From Basidiobolus meristosporus CBS 931.73 (Eukaryota > Fungi > Basidiobolomycota): 64,000 nt of DNA. The stretch is from NCBI GenBank assembly GCA_002104905.1, contig MCFE01000332.1:28983-92982 (forward strand), given 5' to 3'. The translations under genes and the position numbers were made by a program. Positions 49,698-62,660 of this stretch are shown here, piece after piece. Under the pieces are notes generated by a model. It searched no databases. It was not told the DNA's origin and saw nothing but the letters and a program-made list of their open reading frames with translations. Within the stretch, counting starts at the first letter, position 1. The number at the start of each line of letters is the position of its first letter.

Positions 49698-52300
49698 TTG
49701 TTGAAGGTAAAACTTTTGCCCATGGACAAGACTACTTTGACTCAAAGCTGTAAGAGAAGAGAAAAAAGGCCATGTGGCTATTGTAACAAGCCTCTCAGCC
49801 ATGAAGCACTCAGACAGCATAGGAAGTATTACAAGGATCATGGCCAGTGTTTTGCCACCCAAGTCATATTTGACCATTCATAGGTCACTACTGTACCAAC
49901 ATTATCTTGCTGGCCAGTTGATACTTATATATTGGCACCTGGGTGTCTTTGTCACCTTGCACAAACTGAGTCAGGTGAGTATGTGACACCTTTATGCACA
50001 CCTCAGTGTTCTGAATGCGGCATGCCAAGTGATAGCTCTGACAAAGATGGTTCACTAATGGATTTTGAGCGTACCTCCCCAAACAACAGTACCATGTATG
50101 AGCCTGGTAAAATCCCTATATGCAACAAGACAACACCCATTGAAACATATGCCAAGGATACTTTATGGAGCTTAGTGAGTCCAGTAATCCATCTATTGGT
50201 GAATGATGTAATGTTGTAGCTAGAGAAGTGGCGCATTTCAACTAATATCAGTAATGTGGGCTTTGAGGATTTATTACTACTTCTTGCCAAAATCATACCA
50301 GGATGCAACTTGCCATATACATGGTACAAGTGGACAACCTGCATGCAGCTGGCAACATATGATCCAGAGACTGTCCTGATTTCAGCCTGTGTTAACAGTT
50401 GCATGGCATTTACATCCAATAATGCTACCATTGCAATATGTCCAAGTTGTCAGGAATTCACCACCATTGAGGGAGAACATTGTTCACACTCCAGATATAT
50501 TCCATTCATACCCCATCTGAGGAAGCTGATTAAGTCTGGCAAATATTGCGGAGCTATACAGTACCACACTCAGTATCAATCAAGCACAAACATATCCAAT
50601 GTATTTGTTGACAAACATCACAAACAGCTAAGAAGCAAGGGCTACTCTGAAGGTATGTATGACCATGCATTTGCTTTAGCACTTAATGAATTCTCATTAA
50701 ACAAGTACTCCACCAGCAAATCCTGCTGGCCACTGATTCTCATAAATCTGAATCTGCTGCCCATCTTATGGTATGAGAGCAATGATCTGATGGTAGTCTC
50801 ACTGGTATCTGGGCCTAAACCACCATCCAACCTGGAGAGCTACCTGCATCTATTGCTGGATAAATTTTTTATGCTTTCCAGCAAGATAACAGTAAATGGC
50901 TGTTGTGTAAAAGTGCATATTATTATATGCATTGGAGATACCCCAGCCATCAGCATGATAGAAGGTTTTTCTGGGCACAATGGATGGTATTGCTGTTGAA
51001 TGTGTGAGAATTCAGGGGATATATTCCATATCTTGCACACATCATTATTACCCAAACACAAACACTAAGAACATCATCTTCCCACAGGGTGAATGTACTG
51101 AAGTCCGCATGCAATTGCAGCAAAGTTGGCAAGCTTTAAGCCATTGGTTGGAATATGGAATCAATCAGAGACCAGAGATACTTAAGATAGAGGGTATCTG
51201 TTGGAGCAAAAGCTTCCCACTGGGAGCAATGCATTTTCTTTTCAACAATATCCCTTTACCAATGACCAAGTTGTACCAGGGGCATTTCAAGCTAAATGAG
51301 TCCTTTGAGATACCGGGGAAATTTGAAAGAATTGTCAAGATATTACAGAGTATCCGCTACCCTAAGTACTTCTCACAGGCCACAATTAATATTCATATTA
51401 ACATGCAACAAATGAATGCAAAGACTGGATTAACCGGATGTGTATTTATTCAAGTATCATTCTGAAGCCATTCCTATCAACAGTACACTGGAAGCATTGG
51501 GAGTCATATGAGGACATTGTAGGAATACTTATCTAGAGGCAGATCACCAATGCCAACTTGATACAGCTACAGCTGTTGTGCAAGGAGTTTGTGATGGGAT
51601 TTGAGCGGCTATACTACAAACATAAAGCTGAATGTGTAGATTTCTGCTGCTACTGTACCCATTCTCTACTCCATCTTGCTTGTTGTGTGGATATTACTGA
51701 GCATTGCTTCATCTTTTGGGAGTTTCCTATGGAGCATATGTGTGGGGAGATACAAAGGCAAGTCAAGTTGCAGGTACTACCATATCCCAATCTCATCATG
51801 AATATTACCTTCAAGTCTGTCATATATGTGATGAGTTTGCACATGGAGGACAGCCAGGAAGAGTTGGAAAATACTGAGGACAAATGAGCACATGGAGACA
51901 CCTATTCCTATGACATTAAGAACCTAAGCAGCCCCAATGCGTGGGTATTCAGTTAAGTAATGCAAAGTTGGGTTGGATGCAACAAGCAACTAATTTTTAT
52001 TAGGAAAACTCTACCAAGGTATGCCGGATTTTTCTTGGTCACAAGCCAACTTCTACATCATTCAATATGGAACTCACACAAGCAAAAGCCAGAGTGCACC
52101 TATAAGGGGGACTAGAATCCAGCAGGCAGAAGAAATATATTGGCTAAAAACCAAGAAGTTCTTTGCGGATATTTGTGAGGTATTCAGGGCAGAAGTGGCA
52201 ACAACCAAGCATATGTTTGCAAGATGTATATGTTACCAGTAGTACAAGGTAGATGGCAGCTTTGCAAGTATCACACTAAAAAGCCATAAAGTTGAGGTGA
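49698..52300 (+). pseudogene. Transposase_21 (Tnp2/EnSpm-type) transposase, disrupted
   Basis: N-terminal CGYC...H...H, then ACVNSCMAF...CPSC, SCWPLILINLNL, VSGPKPPSNLESYL, CIGDTPAI, and a C-terminal HSLLHL...FWEFPMEHMCG block typical of fungal CACTA transposases. Confidence 0.78.
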
Positions 52301-52759
52301 TAGAAGTCTGTCAATTGCTGCAGGTGTGCATGTTTGTAGAGGTTAGTAAGCAGGGGGCCATAGTTTTTTTTATTTGAACTATATGGGGAATACCCAAGGT
52401 AGTAGTGGGCAAGCAAATAAAGAGGGGTGATTTTACAGTGGAATATATGAATTGCACAAGGGGCGGTAGAAAAAGGAAATACCATTTGGTAAATTGGTAC
52501 AGAAGCATTATACTGAACCAGCTGTAGGCTGTCATACTGCCAATATAATGCCAACAGAGTCTTGCTGTGAGGGCTTCAAGATACCATCAAGTTTCTTGCC
52601 ATATAAGGCAATTGGATGTCCTGGCTAGTTAGATCCACTCAAAATAGTTGTAGAGTGCTAAAAGACCGCAACAATACAATGCAATTATTGTCACAGCAAC
52701 AATTAAATCTTGTCAAGTTTTATCCCTTTATTTGGTTGTAAAATTAGCAAACCACCATT

Positions 52760-52872
52760 GTGGTGGTGTCTACATACTCCTGGGAGAAGCTACACAACCT
52801 GAGGTGTGTGAGGTGTCTAATGGGTGCAATAAACTCTGTGTCCAAACTGCTGGTGTCTTGGTCAATATGTCA
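52760..52872 (-). mobile_element. 3' end fragment of gypsy A' LTR
   Basis: Reverse complement matches 520-544 plus 5786-5890 and ends CACCACCACA. Confidence 0.75.
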
Positions 52873-54271
52873 CTATGGTAAAAGCTTAGAAGGACAGTAA
52901 GTGTAAGCTAAGTTATTCTCTATAGCTTCACATATGAAATGATTTATAGTATCTACATGCTTAGTTCTAGCATGAAAAGTTGGATTTCTGAAAAGTTGGA
53001 TTTCTACCCAGTTGTATACATCCTTGATTATCTTGATATCAAGTAATAGGTGCTGTTTGACATAGGCATAGATCTGTAAAAGCTTTCTTAACCATATTGC
53101 TTCTTTTGTAGCCTCACAGGCTGCCATATACACTGTCTCTGTGGTAGAAAGTGCTATGGTTGGTTGCTTTCTTGAATTCCATGAAGTTGCTCCTTGACAG
53201 TAAAGAAAGGTGCATCCTGTGGTGAATATTCTGTCATCCAAATTTTGTCCCCAATCAGCATCAGAGTATCCCATAAGATCCTGTTCTGAATCTTTATAAG
53301 TGTATCTTAAGCAGATATCAGCAGTTCCTTTTAGGTATCTAAAAATCTGCTTAACTGCTGCAATATGATCAGATCCATAGTTCTGATTATGTTGGCTGAC
53401 AACTCCCACTGAATATGAGATAACTGGACATGTTCCAAGCAGGATATACATCAGACTGCCAACCATATATTGATAAGGGAAGTCAGGGCTTTCAGATGGC
53501 ACCAAGCTCTCTTAATTTGGTTGAGTTTTGACCAAGTTAAGGTTTGTCTCCATTGGGGTAGCTGCTGGTTTACAGTCTTCCATTTTGTACTTCTTTAGTA
53601 TATCTCAAATATACCAGGATTGGCTTAGGGTAGTAGTCTGGCTACTTCTGTCCATGGAGAACTTAATCCCTAAGTAGTAACTGAGTTCTCCTAGATTGGA
53701 CATCTTGAACTCCTTAGATAGGCTGGATTTAGTCTCTTCCATTGTTGCTAGGTTATTGGCAGCTATAATAAGATCATCCACATATAGAGCAAATAGAACA
53801 GGATTTGCTCTATCTGGCTTATAGTATATACTATAGTCAGCATTACTCCTTTGAAACTGAGAGATTCCAAACAAGAGCTTATCTTCAATTCCAGACTCTC
53901 AGTGATTGTTTGAGCCATATAGAGGCTTTTTAAGCTTGCAGATCAAGTGGGGGGTATCTTGGTCAACAAACCCATCAGACTGGTCCATATGCATGTCCTC
54001 ATCAAGTTCTCCATTCAAAAATGCAGTTTTTACATCCATTTGATGAATAAAAAACTGATATTTGGCTGCAATAGCCAATATTAATCGGATGGAATTAAAC
54101 TTGGCTACTGGTGCAAAGGTCTTAGTATAGTCATGTCCTTTTGTTTGAGAGTATCCTTTGGACACAAGTCTTGCTTTGTATTTTTCAACTGTACCATCAG
54201 CCTTGTATTTTGTCTTGAAGACCCATCTGCATCAAATTGATTTTGGTTGATTGGTAATTTGACCAAGTCCC

Positions 54272-54995
54272 TGTCATGATCACATGACATCCTTGGTCTC
54301 CAATTATCTAGCCAAATCAAGTCAGTGAAGAAATCCCAGATCTGTCTAGAAAGTTCTACTACATTCTGGCAACTTCTTGAAAGCTCCAAGTCAATGTTAC
54401 ACAATGGAACATTCTATGGAAGCTTCTCATTAGAATTTATGTAGTCCCATGCCATATATGGTAGCTACATGTCACATGAACTAGTCACATGATCAGCTGA
54501 CCCCTGAGATATCTCCATGTGATATTCCAGTCTGTTCTGTAGTATATTCTCTCTTGGCACACTTACTGTGCCTCACCCCAGAACCCCATCAGTATTAGCC
54601 AATATCTCTTGGCATCCATATTGCCAAAAGGTATATATAAGACTTGTTCCATCATTCCAGCTGATCATAGTGCCCAATAGTGCCATAGCATGCCAGATGG
54701 TGCCTGATCATGCCACAGAGTGCCAGATGGTGCCATACAGTACCAATTTGGGATCAAAATTGACATGCATATGACCCTAAAATATCAAATTAATAACAAA
54801 ATATACAGCACTTTCTGGCACTATGATCAATGGCACAATGGAACAAGTCTATAGTCTTATCCCCCCTTATGTATTCCTCAGTCTGATAAACAAAGGTCTT
54901 GAATAAACAGCCTTGCCTGGTTGATCCTCACCTAAGTCCTTTCCTTGCCCTGCCTTACCTAGCCCTACACTCCTGCCTTGTGTCTATTCATAACA
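54272..54995 (+). mobile_element. Solo LTR of gypsy D, containing a MITE
   Basis: TGTCATGATC...CATAACA with 5-bp TSD GTCCC (54267-54271, 54996-55000). Confidence 0.9.
54640..54850. mobile_element. 211-bp MITE N of the H family
   Basis: AGACTTGTTCCATC...CAATGGAACAAGTCT with TSD ATA. The empty site GTATATATAGTCTT is seen in the LTR at about 36200. Internal (A)GTGCCA repeats. Confidence 0.9.
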
Positions 54996-56344
54996 GTCCC
55001 AAGTTTGATTTTCCACCAGAGCCTGATATTCCGCAGTCATTGCAAATCTGCAAAAATTTGTTTGAGGGCTATTCAGGGCCTCTTTTACAGTCTGGGGTTC
55101 ATCAATATGGACTGAAAAGGTATAGGCTAAGTCTGTACCCTCATTGACATAGTAATTTAGGCTATTTCTTGTCCAATTGGATCTCTAGGCATTTGATACT
55201 TGAATGATCACTTCTGGGATTTTGCTGGGCACTACTTCAGGCTGAACCATTGTTGTAGAGTTCTCTAGAGTGAAAAAATTTGCTTTTTTTGCCCTGATTC
55301 AATCCTGACAATTGGTGGACTTGAGCTCAGATTTTTGTCATCATCTGATGTCATTTTTGGTGTAAATTTTGAATTGTCACCAAACAACACATCCCTAGAC
55401 TTGATTAGCTTCTTTGCTTTAGTATTGTAGCATCTGTATGCTTTACTCTCATTGCAGTAGCCCAAAAATATGCATTGTACATTTTTTGGCTCAAATTTTG
55501 ATTGTTTCCAGGCAGTTTCTTGGCATATACTGTACACCCAAATATTCTTAGATGTTCTGCACTTGGTCTGTATCCATACCATGCTTCAAATGGAGTAGAA
55601 GTGCAAAGTATCCAGTTATAGCTCATATTTTTAAGGTATAAAGTTGTGGCAACTGATTCCACCCAAAAATTATAGAATAATTTTTGATCATGGATCATAG
55701 ATCTTGCCATATCAATTATTAATCTGTTTGCACATTCTGCTACTCTATTTTGCTGTGGGGAATATGGTACAGTGATCTCTTGCTTTATCCCATGAATTTT
55801 TCAGGAGTGGATGAAGAGTTTTAAGGTATATTCTCCACTATTGTGACAGCAAATTTTCTTGATTTGTTCACTAGTTTCTCTCTCTACCATAGCTTTAAAC
55901 TCCCTGAGCTTTGACAGAGTTTCTTCCTTTCTCTCCATGAAATAGACCCAAGTGTATTGTGTATAATCATTGATAAACCTGTTTCAATGCTTCATTCTGT
56001 TGTAAAAATATGTAATTCTACCTGAATATTCACCTAACTTGGTCACTTAGATCATTACCTTCAAATCCTAGAGAATGCTGACCCAATTCCTTGTTGGGAT
56101 TCATTTTGAATATTTTCACAAAAATACCAGGTACCCAGAACATGAAAATTCTCAAAGTTGTCTAAACAGCCCCAAACTTTGCACACATGTTCTTGGGACC
56201 TTTCTTAACCTTTTCTATGCATTTGTAATCCAAGGCCATGTAAAAGTATAAATACTACTTTTACATTCAATAAATCATAAGTGACAACCACATAATCAAC
56301 TTGTCCTCCCAGTCACTTCCAATATCTCCAAGACTCTTACAACA

Positions 56345-56356
56345 GGTTATGAGCCC
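56345..56356 (+). other. Copia-type PBS (half-tRNA-iMet type GGTTATGGGCCC variant)
   Basis: GGTTATGAGCCC directly follows the LTR-terminal ACAACA and resembles the Drosophila copia PBS. Confidence 0.7.
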
Positions 56357-59300
56357 TAAGCTGTCACTCTCTTCAATGTATACTACTGCTATTACTGGAA
56401 CTTTTCCCTTTGCTGAAAAGTTGGATGGATCTATCTACAAAGTGTAGAAGGTGAAGATGAAGATGCTGCTACAAGAAAGAGGTCTTTGGGATATTGTCAT
56501 GGGAGAAGAATGCCCTCCTATAAGTGTGGGAGAGGAAGCCTTAAAGTACCAGAAGAAAGAACAAAGTGCCTTTAGCTGCATTTGCCTTAATGTCAAGGAC
56601 AAATTGCCAATTCATTGCTCAAGAGCAAATGTGGCTCAGAATGCCTGGAAGGTGTTAGAAGACACCTACCAGTCAGGTTCAGCTGCTAAGAAAATGTATC
56701 TGAGACAAAAATTCTTTACTACAAAGATGCTGCCAGGAGAACAAATGAAAAATCTAATTAGCGGAATTACCTTGCTGGTAGATGAAATGGAATCTGTGGG
56801 CAAACCAACTACTGATGAGGATGTGATATTACCATCCTGAATAGCCTGATAGACAAGTTTCAGGGCCTTGTATCAGCCCTAAAGTCCAGAACTGAATATT
56901 TGACCTTAAGTTATGTATATGGAAGGCTCCCGGATGAAGAATTAAGAAAATCAAGCGCCAAACAAAGGAAGAAGAAAATGCTTTAATAAGCAGTGACTGC
57001 CAACAAAGGAGATACCCAAGACCTTTTAAAGGCAACAGCAACCTTTTTTGCAACTACTGCAAAAGGAAAGGACACACATCTGACTGGTACCTCAAAGAGA
57101 AAGATAGCTAGCAGAAAAAGCCTGAATATGGAAATGCTGCAACAACTGAAGATAGACTATTCATATCTGCACTAAATATGACCACAAACAAGGATTCTCA
57201 GTCATCGTATATTGACTCTGGAGCATATCAACACTTTACACACCAAAAAGCACTCTTTGCACAGCAGTAGGACTCAATTTCAGCTTTAACAATTCTGGAT
57301 GCAGAATCACTGATCAAAACGGTGCCCATATTGCTTTGGGTATCAGAGATCAGAGTCTATACAAGTTGACTTATATTCCATCATATCTGGAAGCCAATAT
57401 ATGTAACTTAAATGTAGAAACACCAATGCTTTGGCACAGGAAATTTGAGCACATCAATTTTGATTATTTGCACAAAATGATCAAAGATCAGCTAATTTCT
57501 GGAGTAAAAATTAATCTCCCAGCTAATTTGGAGCACTGTGAAGCCTGCATATATGGGAAACAAGACAGACAATTGTTGAAGAGCTCAGGGTTGATCATAA
57601 CTAAGTAAAATTAGATCTAATTCACTCAGATCTGTGTGGACCTATGCAAAATTTATCCTAAGGCAGGATGAAGTATTTGATCACCTTTATTGATGATTAT
57701 ACAAGTTACACATAGGTCTACTTCATGGAGAGAAAGGAAGAAGCTCTGTCTAAGTTCAGCAAGTTTAAAGCCATGGTAAAGAGAGAGACTGGTGAAAAAA
57801 TCAAGAAAATACGCTCTGACTATGGTAGAGAATATACCTCGAAACTCTTCATCCACTTCAGCAAAGTTCATGGGATAAAGTAAGAGGCCACTGTACCATA
57901 CTCCCCACAGCACAATGGAGTAGCAGAACATGCTAATGGATCAATAGATGATATGGCAAGATCTATGATCCATGATCAAAAATTATCCTATGATTTTTGG
58001 GTGGAATCAGTTGCCACTGCTGCATACCTTAAAAATAGGAGTTATAACAGAATACTTTGAGATTCTACTCCATTTGAGGCATGGAATAGATATAGATCAA
58101 GTGCAGAACATCTAAGAATGTTTTGGTGTACAGCATATGCCAAGAAACTGCCTGGAGATCAGTCAAAATTTGAGCCAAAAAGTGTATAATGCAGATTTTT
58201 GGGCTACTGCAATGAGAGTAAAGCATACAGACTCTATAATACCAAAGCAAAGAAGCTAATCAAGTCCAGGGATGTGCTATTTGATTAAAATTCCAAATTT
58301 CACAAAAAATGACATCAGATGATGACAAAAGTCTGATCTCAAATCCACCAATTGTCAGAATTGAATCAGAGCAAAACTATGAAAGTTTTTTCACTCCAGA
58401 GAACTCTACAACCATGGTTCTGCCAGAATCAGTGCCCCAGAATACCTCAGAGGTGAACATTCCAGTATTAAATGCCTGGAGATCCAATCAGAAAAGAAAT
58501 AGCCCAAATTACTATATTAACAAGGGTACAAACTTAGCCTATGCCTATTCAGTCCATATTGATGAACCCCCAACTGTAAAAGAGGCCCTAAATAGCCCTC
58601 AGATGAAGTTTTGGAGATCTTCAATGACTGAGGAATATCAGGCTCTGATGGAAAATCAAACTTGGGACTTGGTCAAAATACCAATCAACCAAAAATCAAC
58701 TGGATACAGATGGGTCTTCAAGACAAAATACAAGGCTGATGGTACAATTGAAAATACAAAGCAAGACTTGTGTCCAAAAGATACTCTCAAACAAACGGAC
58801 TTGACTATACTAAGACCTTTGCACCAGTAGCCAAGTTTAATTCCATCAGATCGATATTGACTATTACAGCCAAATATCAGTTTTTTATTCATCAAATGGA
58901 TGTAAAAACTGCATTTTTGAATGGAGAACTTGATGAGGACATGTATATGGACCAGTCTGATGGGTTTGTTGACCAAGATAGCCCCCACTTGGTCTGCAAG
59001 CTTAAAAAGCCTCTACATGGCTCAAACAATCACTGAGAGTCTGGAATTGAAGATAAGCTCTTGTTTGGAATCTCTCAGTTTCAAAGGAGTAATGCTGACT
59101 ATAGTATATACTATAAGCCAGATAGAGCAAATCCTGTTCTATTTGCTCTATATGTGGATGATCTTATTATAGCTGCCAATAACCTAGCAACAATGGAAGA
59201 GACTAAATCCAGCCTATCTAAGGAGTTCAAGATGTCCAATCTAGGAGAACTCAGTTACTACTTAGGGATTAAGTTCTCCATGGACAGAAGTAGCCAGACT

Positions 59301-59901
59301 ACTACCCTAAGCCAATCCTGGTATATTTGAGATATACTAAAGAAGTACAAAATGGAAGACTGTAAACCAGCAGCTACCCCAATGGAGACAAACCTTAACT
59401 TGGTCAAAACTCAACCAAATTAAGAGAGCTTGGTGCCATCTGAAAGCCCTGACTTCCCTTATCAATATATGGTTGGCAGTCTGATGTATATCCTGCTTGG
59501 AACATGTCCAGTTATCTCATATTCAGTGGGAGTTGTCAGCCAACATAATCAGAACTATGGATCTGATCATATTGCAGCAGTTAAGCAGATTTTTAGATAC
59601 CTAAAAGGAACTGCTGATATCTGCTTAAGATACACTTATAAAGATTCAGAACAGGATCTTATGGGATACTCTGATGCTGATTGGGGACAAAATTTGGATG
59701 AAAGAAGATCCACCACAGGATGCACCTTTCTTTACTGTAAAGGAGTAATTTCATGGAATTCAAGAAAGCTACCAGCCATAGCACTTTCTACCACAGAGGC
59801 AGAGTATATGGTAGCCTGTGAAGCTACAAAAGAAGCAATGTGGCTAAGAAAGCTTTTCACAGATTTAGGCATATGTCAAAAAATGCCAATTACTTTATAT
59901 C

Positions 59902-60250
59902 TGTTGTACAAATTTGTATTTCCACCTAAATATTCACCTAACTTAGTCACTTAGATCATCACCTTCAAATCCTAGAGAATACTGACCAAATTCCTGGTTG
60001 GGATTTACTTAGAATATTTTCACCAAAATACCAGGTACCCAGAACATGAAAATTCTCAAAGTTGTCCAAACAGCCCCAAACTTTGCACACATGCTCTTGG
60101 GACCTTTCTTAACCTATTCTACAAGTTTGTAATGCCAGGAACAGGTAAAAGTATAAATACTACTTTTACATTCAATGAATCATTAAGTGAAAACCACATA
60201 ATCTACTTGTTCTCCAAATCACTTCCAATATCTCCAAGACTCTTACAATA
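59902..60250 (+). mobile_element. Solo LTR of copia C inserted in the RNase H of its own family
   Basis: TGTTGTACA...CTTACAATA with 5-bp TSD ATATC (59897-59901, 60251-60255). The reading frame ITLY|QDNQG rejoins on removal. Confidence 0.9.
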
Positions 60251-61069
60251 ATATCAAGATAATCAAGGATGTACACAATTAGGTAGAAATCCAACTTTTC
60301 ATGCTAGAACCAAGCACATAGATATTAGACTTGTGCCATCATACCGTGCCAGGGCGCGCGGCGCGATCCGCGGTCGCAAAGAATGATTGGGCGCAATATT
60401 ATAGCTACCAGAAGGCAGGATTGTTCTTGGATGATTTTGCACTATGCGGGACAATCTTGCACACTATGGCACAATCTGACACAATGAGGTTGGCGCGGAT
60501 GATTGCGCCAACTCGTAATGCTTGCATCACGTGTGCGATAGGATACCGCTATAATGGCAGGTAAAATCCGGTATTTGGATATGTTTCTTTAATGTAAATG
60601 GAAATAAATGTGTATCACACTATAAACTACACTGATACTTACCATTTTGGTTACCCTCACTCCAATTGGACGGTATCTCAGTGGTTAATTGGTCCAAAAG
60701 TATCCTGAAGCTGGCAGCCCCCAATTGGCTCATTGACTACTGAAAAAGCTACCTGATTTGCCATCAAATATCCCATTTAGCCCATTGAGCAAGTAAATCC
60801 CTGATCCTAGTGATTGGGCAAGGTGTCATAGCTAGCACGCAAGTGATTGTGTAGGTGCAAAACAGATCCAATAGCTGCACTGGTATTACAGATGACGTAT
60901 ATATATGCAGGGTGTTTATTTATAGGGGTTCTGTCTCAAATGTGAGACGACCTTGATATTACTTATATCAAAAATTTGATGATCACTGATTTGCGATGGC
61001 TTGATTTGGATCGCAAAAAAAAAGGGTTGTCGGGATCATTACAAATGTGAGCGATTCAAAGCAATCGCA

Positions 61070-62301
61070 TCATCTTCTCCTGGGTTTTTTTCTCACAGGG
61101 ATTACTACTGAAGCATTTGGTAGTGACTCACTTTGCACACCTATACTACTTCCTGGCTGACTATTATCTTGGCTACTTGTGTATTTGTAGTCAGTATTTT
61201 GCCTCCTAGTTGATGAGTGCAATGCTGCAGCTTGGCCGCGCTGAATTGCTCTGACTGAACCAACTGAACCGGCCTGTAGTGCCACGCGCTGACGCGTTCT
61301 TTTACTTGCCAAGGGCTTCGGTGGTTGAGTCACTTCATGTTGGTCATCATCAGTCAGTTCACCAGAAGTAACTCGCTGATGGTCAGGCAAAACGGCACGC
61401 GCAGGCGCGCCTTGACGCGTTGAGATGGCCCTTGGCTGAGTTTGATGTGATGCCGCATGTTGACGCGACTCGGTCCGCTCCAATGAACTTGTGTCTAAAT
61501 GAGCAGTTTGGCGAGTTCTGGTAGTTTTGCTCTGAAGCGCGCGCGTTGACTTGACGCGGGGCGTTCTGGTAAAGGGTGTTGGCGTAGTCTGGACTGACGT
61601 GCGCCGGCGCGCTGTGGTTGCAAGAGATGGTAGGGAATCCAGCAAGGCGTGCTGGCGCAATCTGGACGATGTTGCTTGCGGTCTGTATTCTTCCTCCTGA
61701 AGCTCACCATCTGATTCCTCAAGGTATTCACTTACCCTCTGTCTGATACTTTGGAGCTGTTGCCTGGATGAGTCCTGTGTATATTGCTCTTGGAAGCCAC
61801 TTAGCTCTACTAATATATCACGTAGTACATTAGTCATTTGAGGCAAAAACTCATTCAAAATCTCTTTGGTTCCCAAAGTTGAGGCACGAACGGGCGCATC
61901 CGGCCCGTACTGTGCAAATTGCGCGCAGAATCGTTTTGCGCGGCTTCCTCGTCAAATCCCCTCACTCTCAGCTCATTCTTGATTTCAATACTTGTCTTGT
62001 TATATATCTTTTTACATACATTGGCTGGCATCTTGATGTAGAACTCATGCCACAGCTTTCTACTCAAATTCTTCCATCTTTGTTGACTCTCTGAGGTATC
62101 TAGTTCTACTAGATTAATCAGTAGTGCCCAAATATCTGTATGAAGGCTCATCATAGACACTTGGGCCATACTAAAATCATTTGGTGAGAACTCAAACGGA
62201 TCCAACATCGACTTTTACGGTCCGGACCGCGCTTGTGAGCTGGGGGATGGGTTTTGTCTGGGTTGTACTAAAGATGAGTTGAGGCTTGGTATGGGGACCA
62301 T
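61070..62301 (-). pseudogene. H4 ORF2 with a single 1-nt frameshift near 61940
   Basis: 1232 nt equals the H3 length (1248) minus a 15-nt repeat unit and minus 1 nt. ORFs 61855-62208 and 61070-61876 overlap in different frames. Confidence 0.85.
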
Positions 62302-62660
62302 AGCAACGGATCTGGATACTTATACAGCAGTATATTGGCATCAACCTGGTCTTATATGAAATATATATGAAAACTAAAGTGATTGTTGAATTTTCCATAT
62401 ATTATGCATGATGCATCTCGGATTGCGTTGACATGGATCAGATCACATCAATCGCAGATTTCCTATTTGATTATAGACCTATGATTAAAGCATCAATAAA
62501 AGTACCAAGGCATTGTTTGCGGATGATTTTTGCAACATAATGATGGGATACATGGCAATTGATGGAGATTTAACCATAATGTGTTAAAAATCAGATAAAT
62601 AACGCAGATTGCGCCGAATCAATTCAAACCGCCTCCATACAATCATCCATCAATTTTAAT

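Larger units (their letters stand above)
47121..52759 (+). mobile_element. CACTA/EnSpm-like element K2, most complete copy (right terminus missing)
   Basis: Starts CCCTATGAAAAATT. Accessory gene on the minus strand (about 47400-49420) and transposase on the plus strand (about 49700-52300). Cut at 52759 by an LTR fragment. Confidence 0.8.
52873..55997 (-). pseudogene. Copia family C pol (integrase, RT, RNase H), inverted relative to the adjacent plus-strand copy
   Basis: [44 protein letters not shown] and HARTKHVD. Truncated at the integrase start by the LTR at 55998. Confidence 0.9.
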
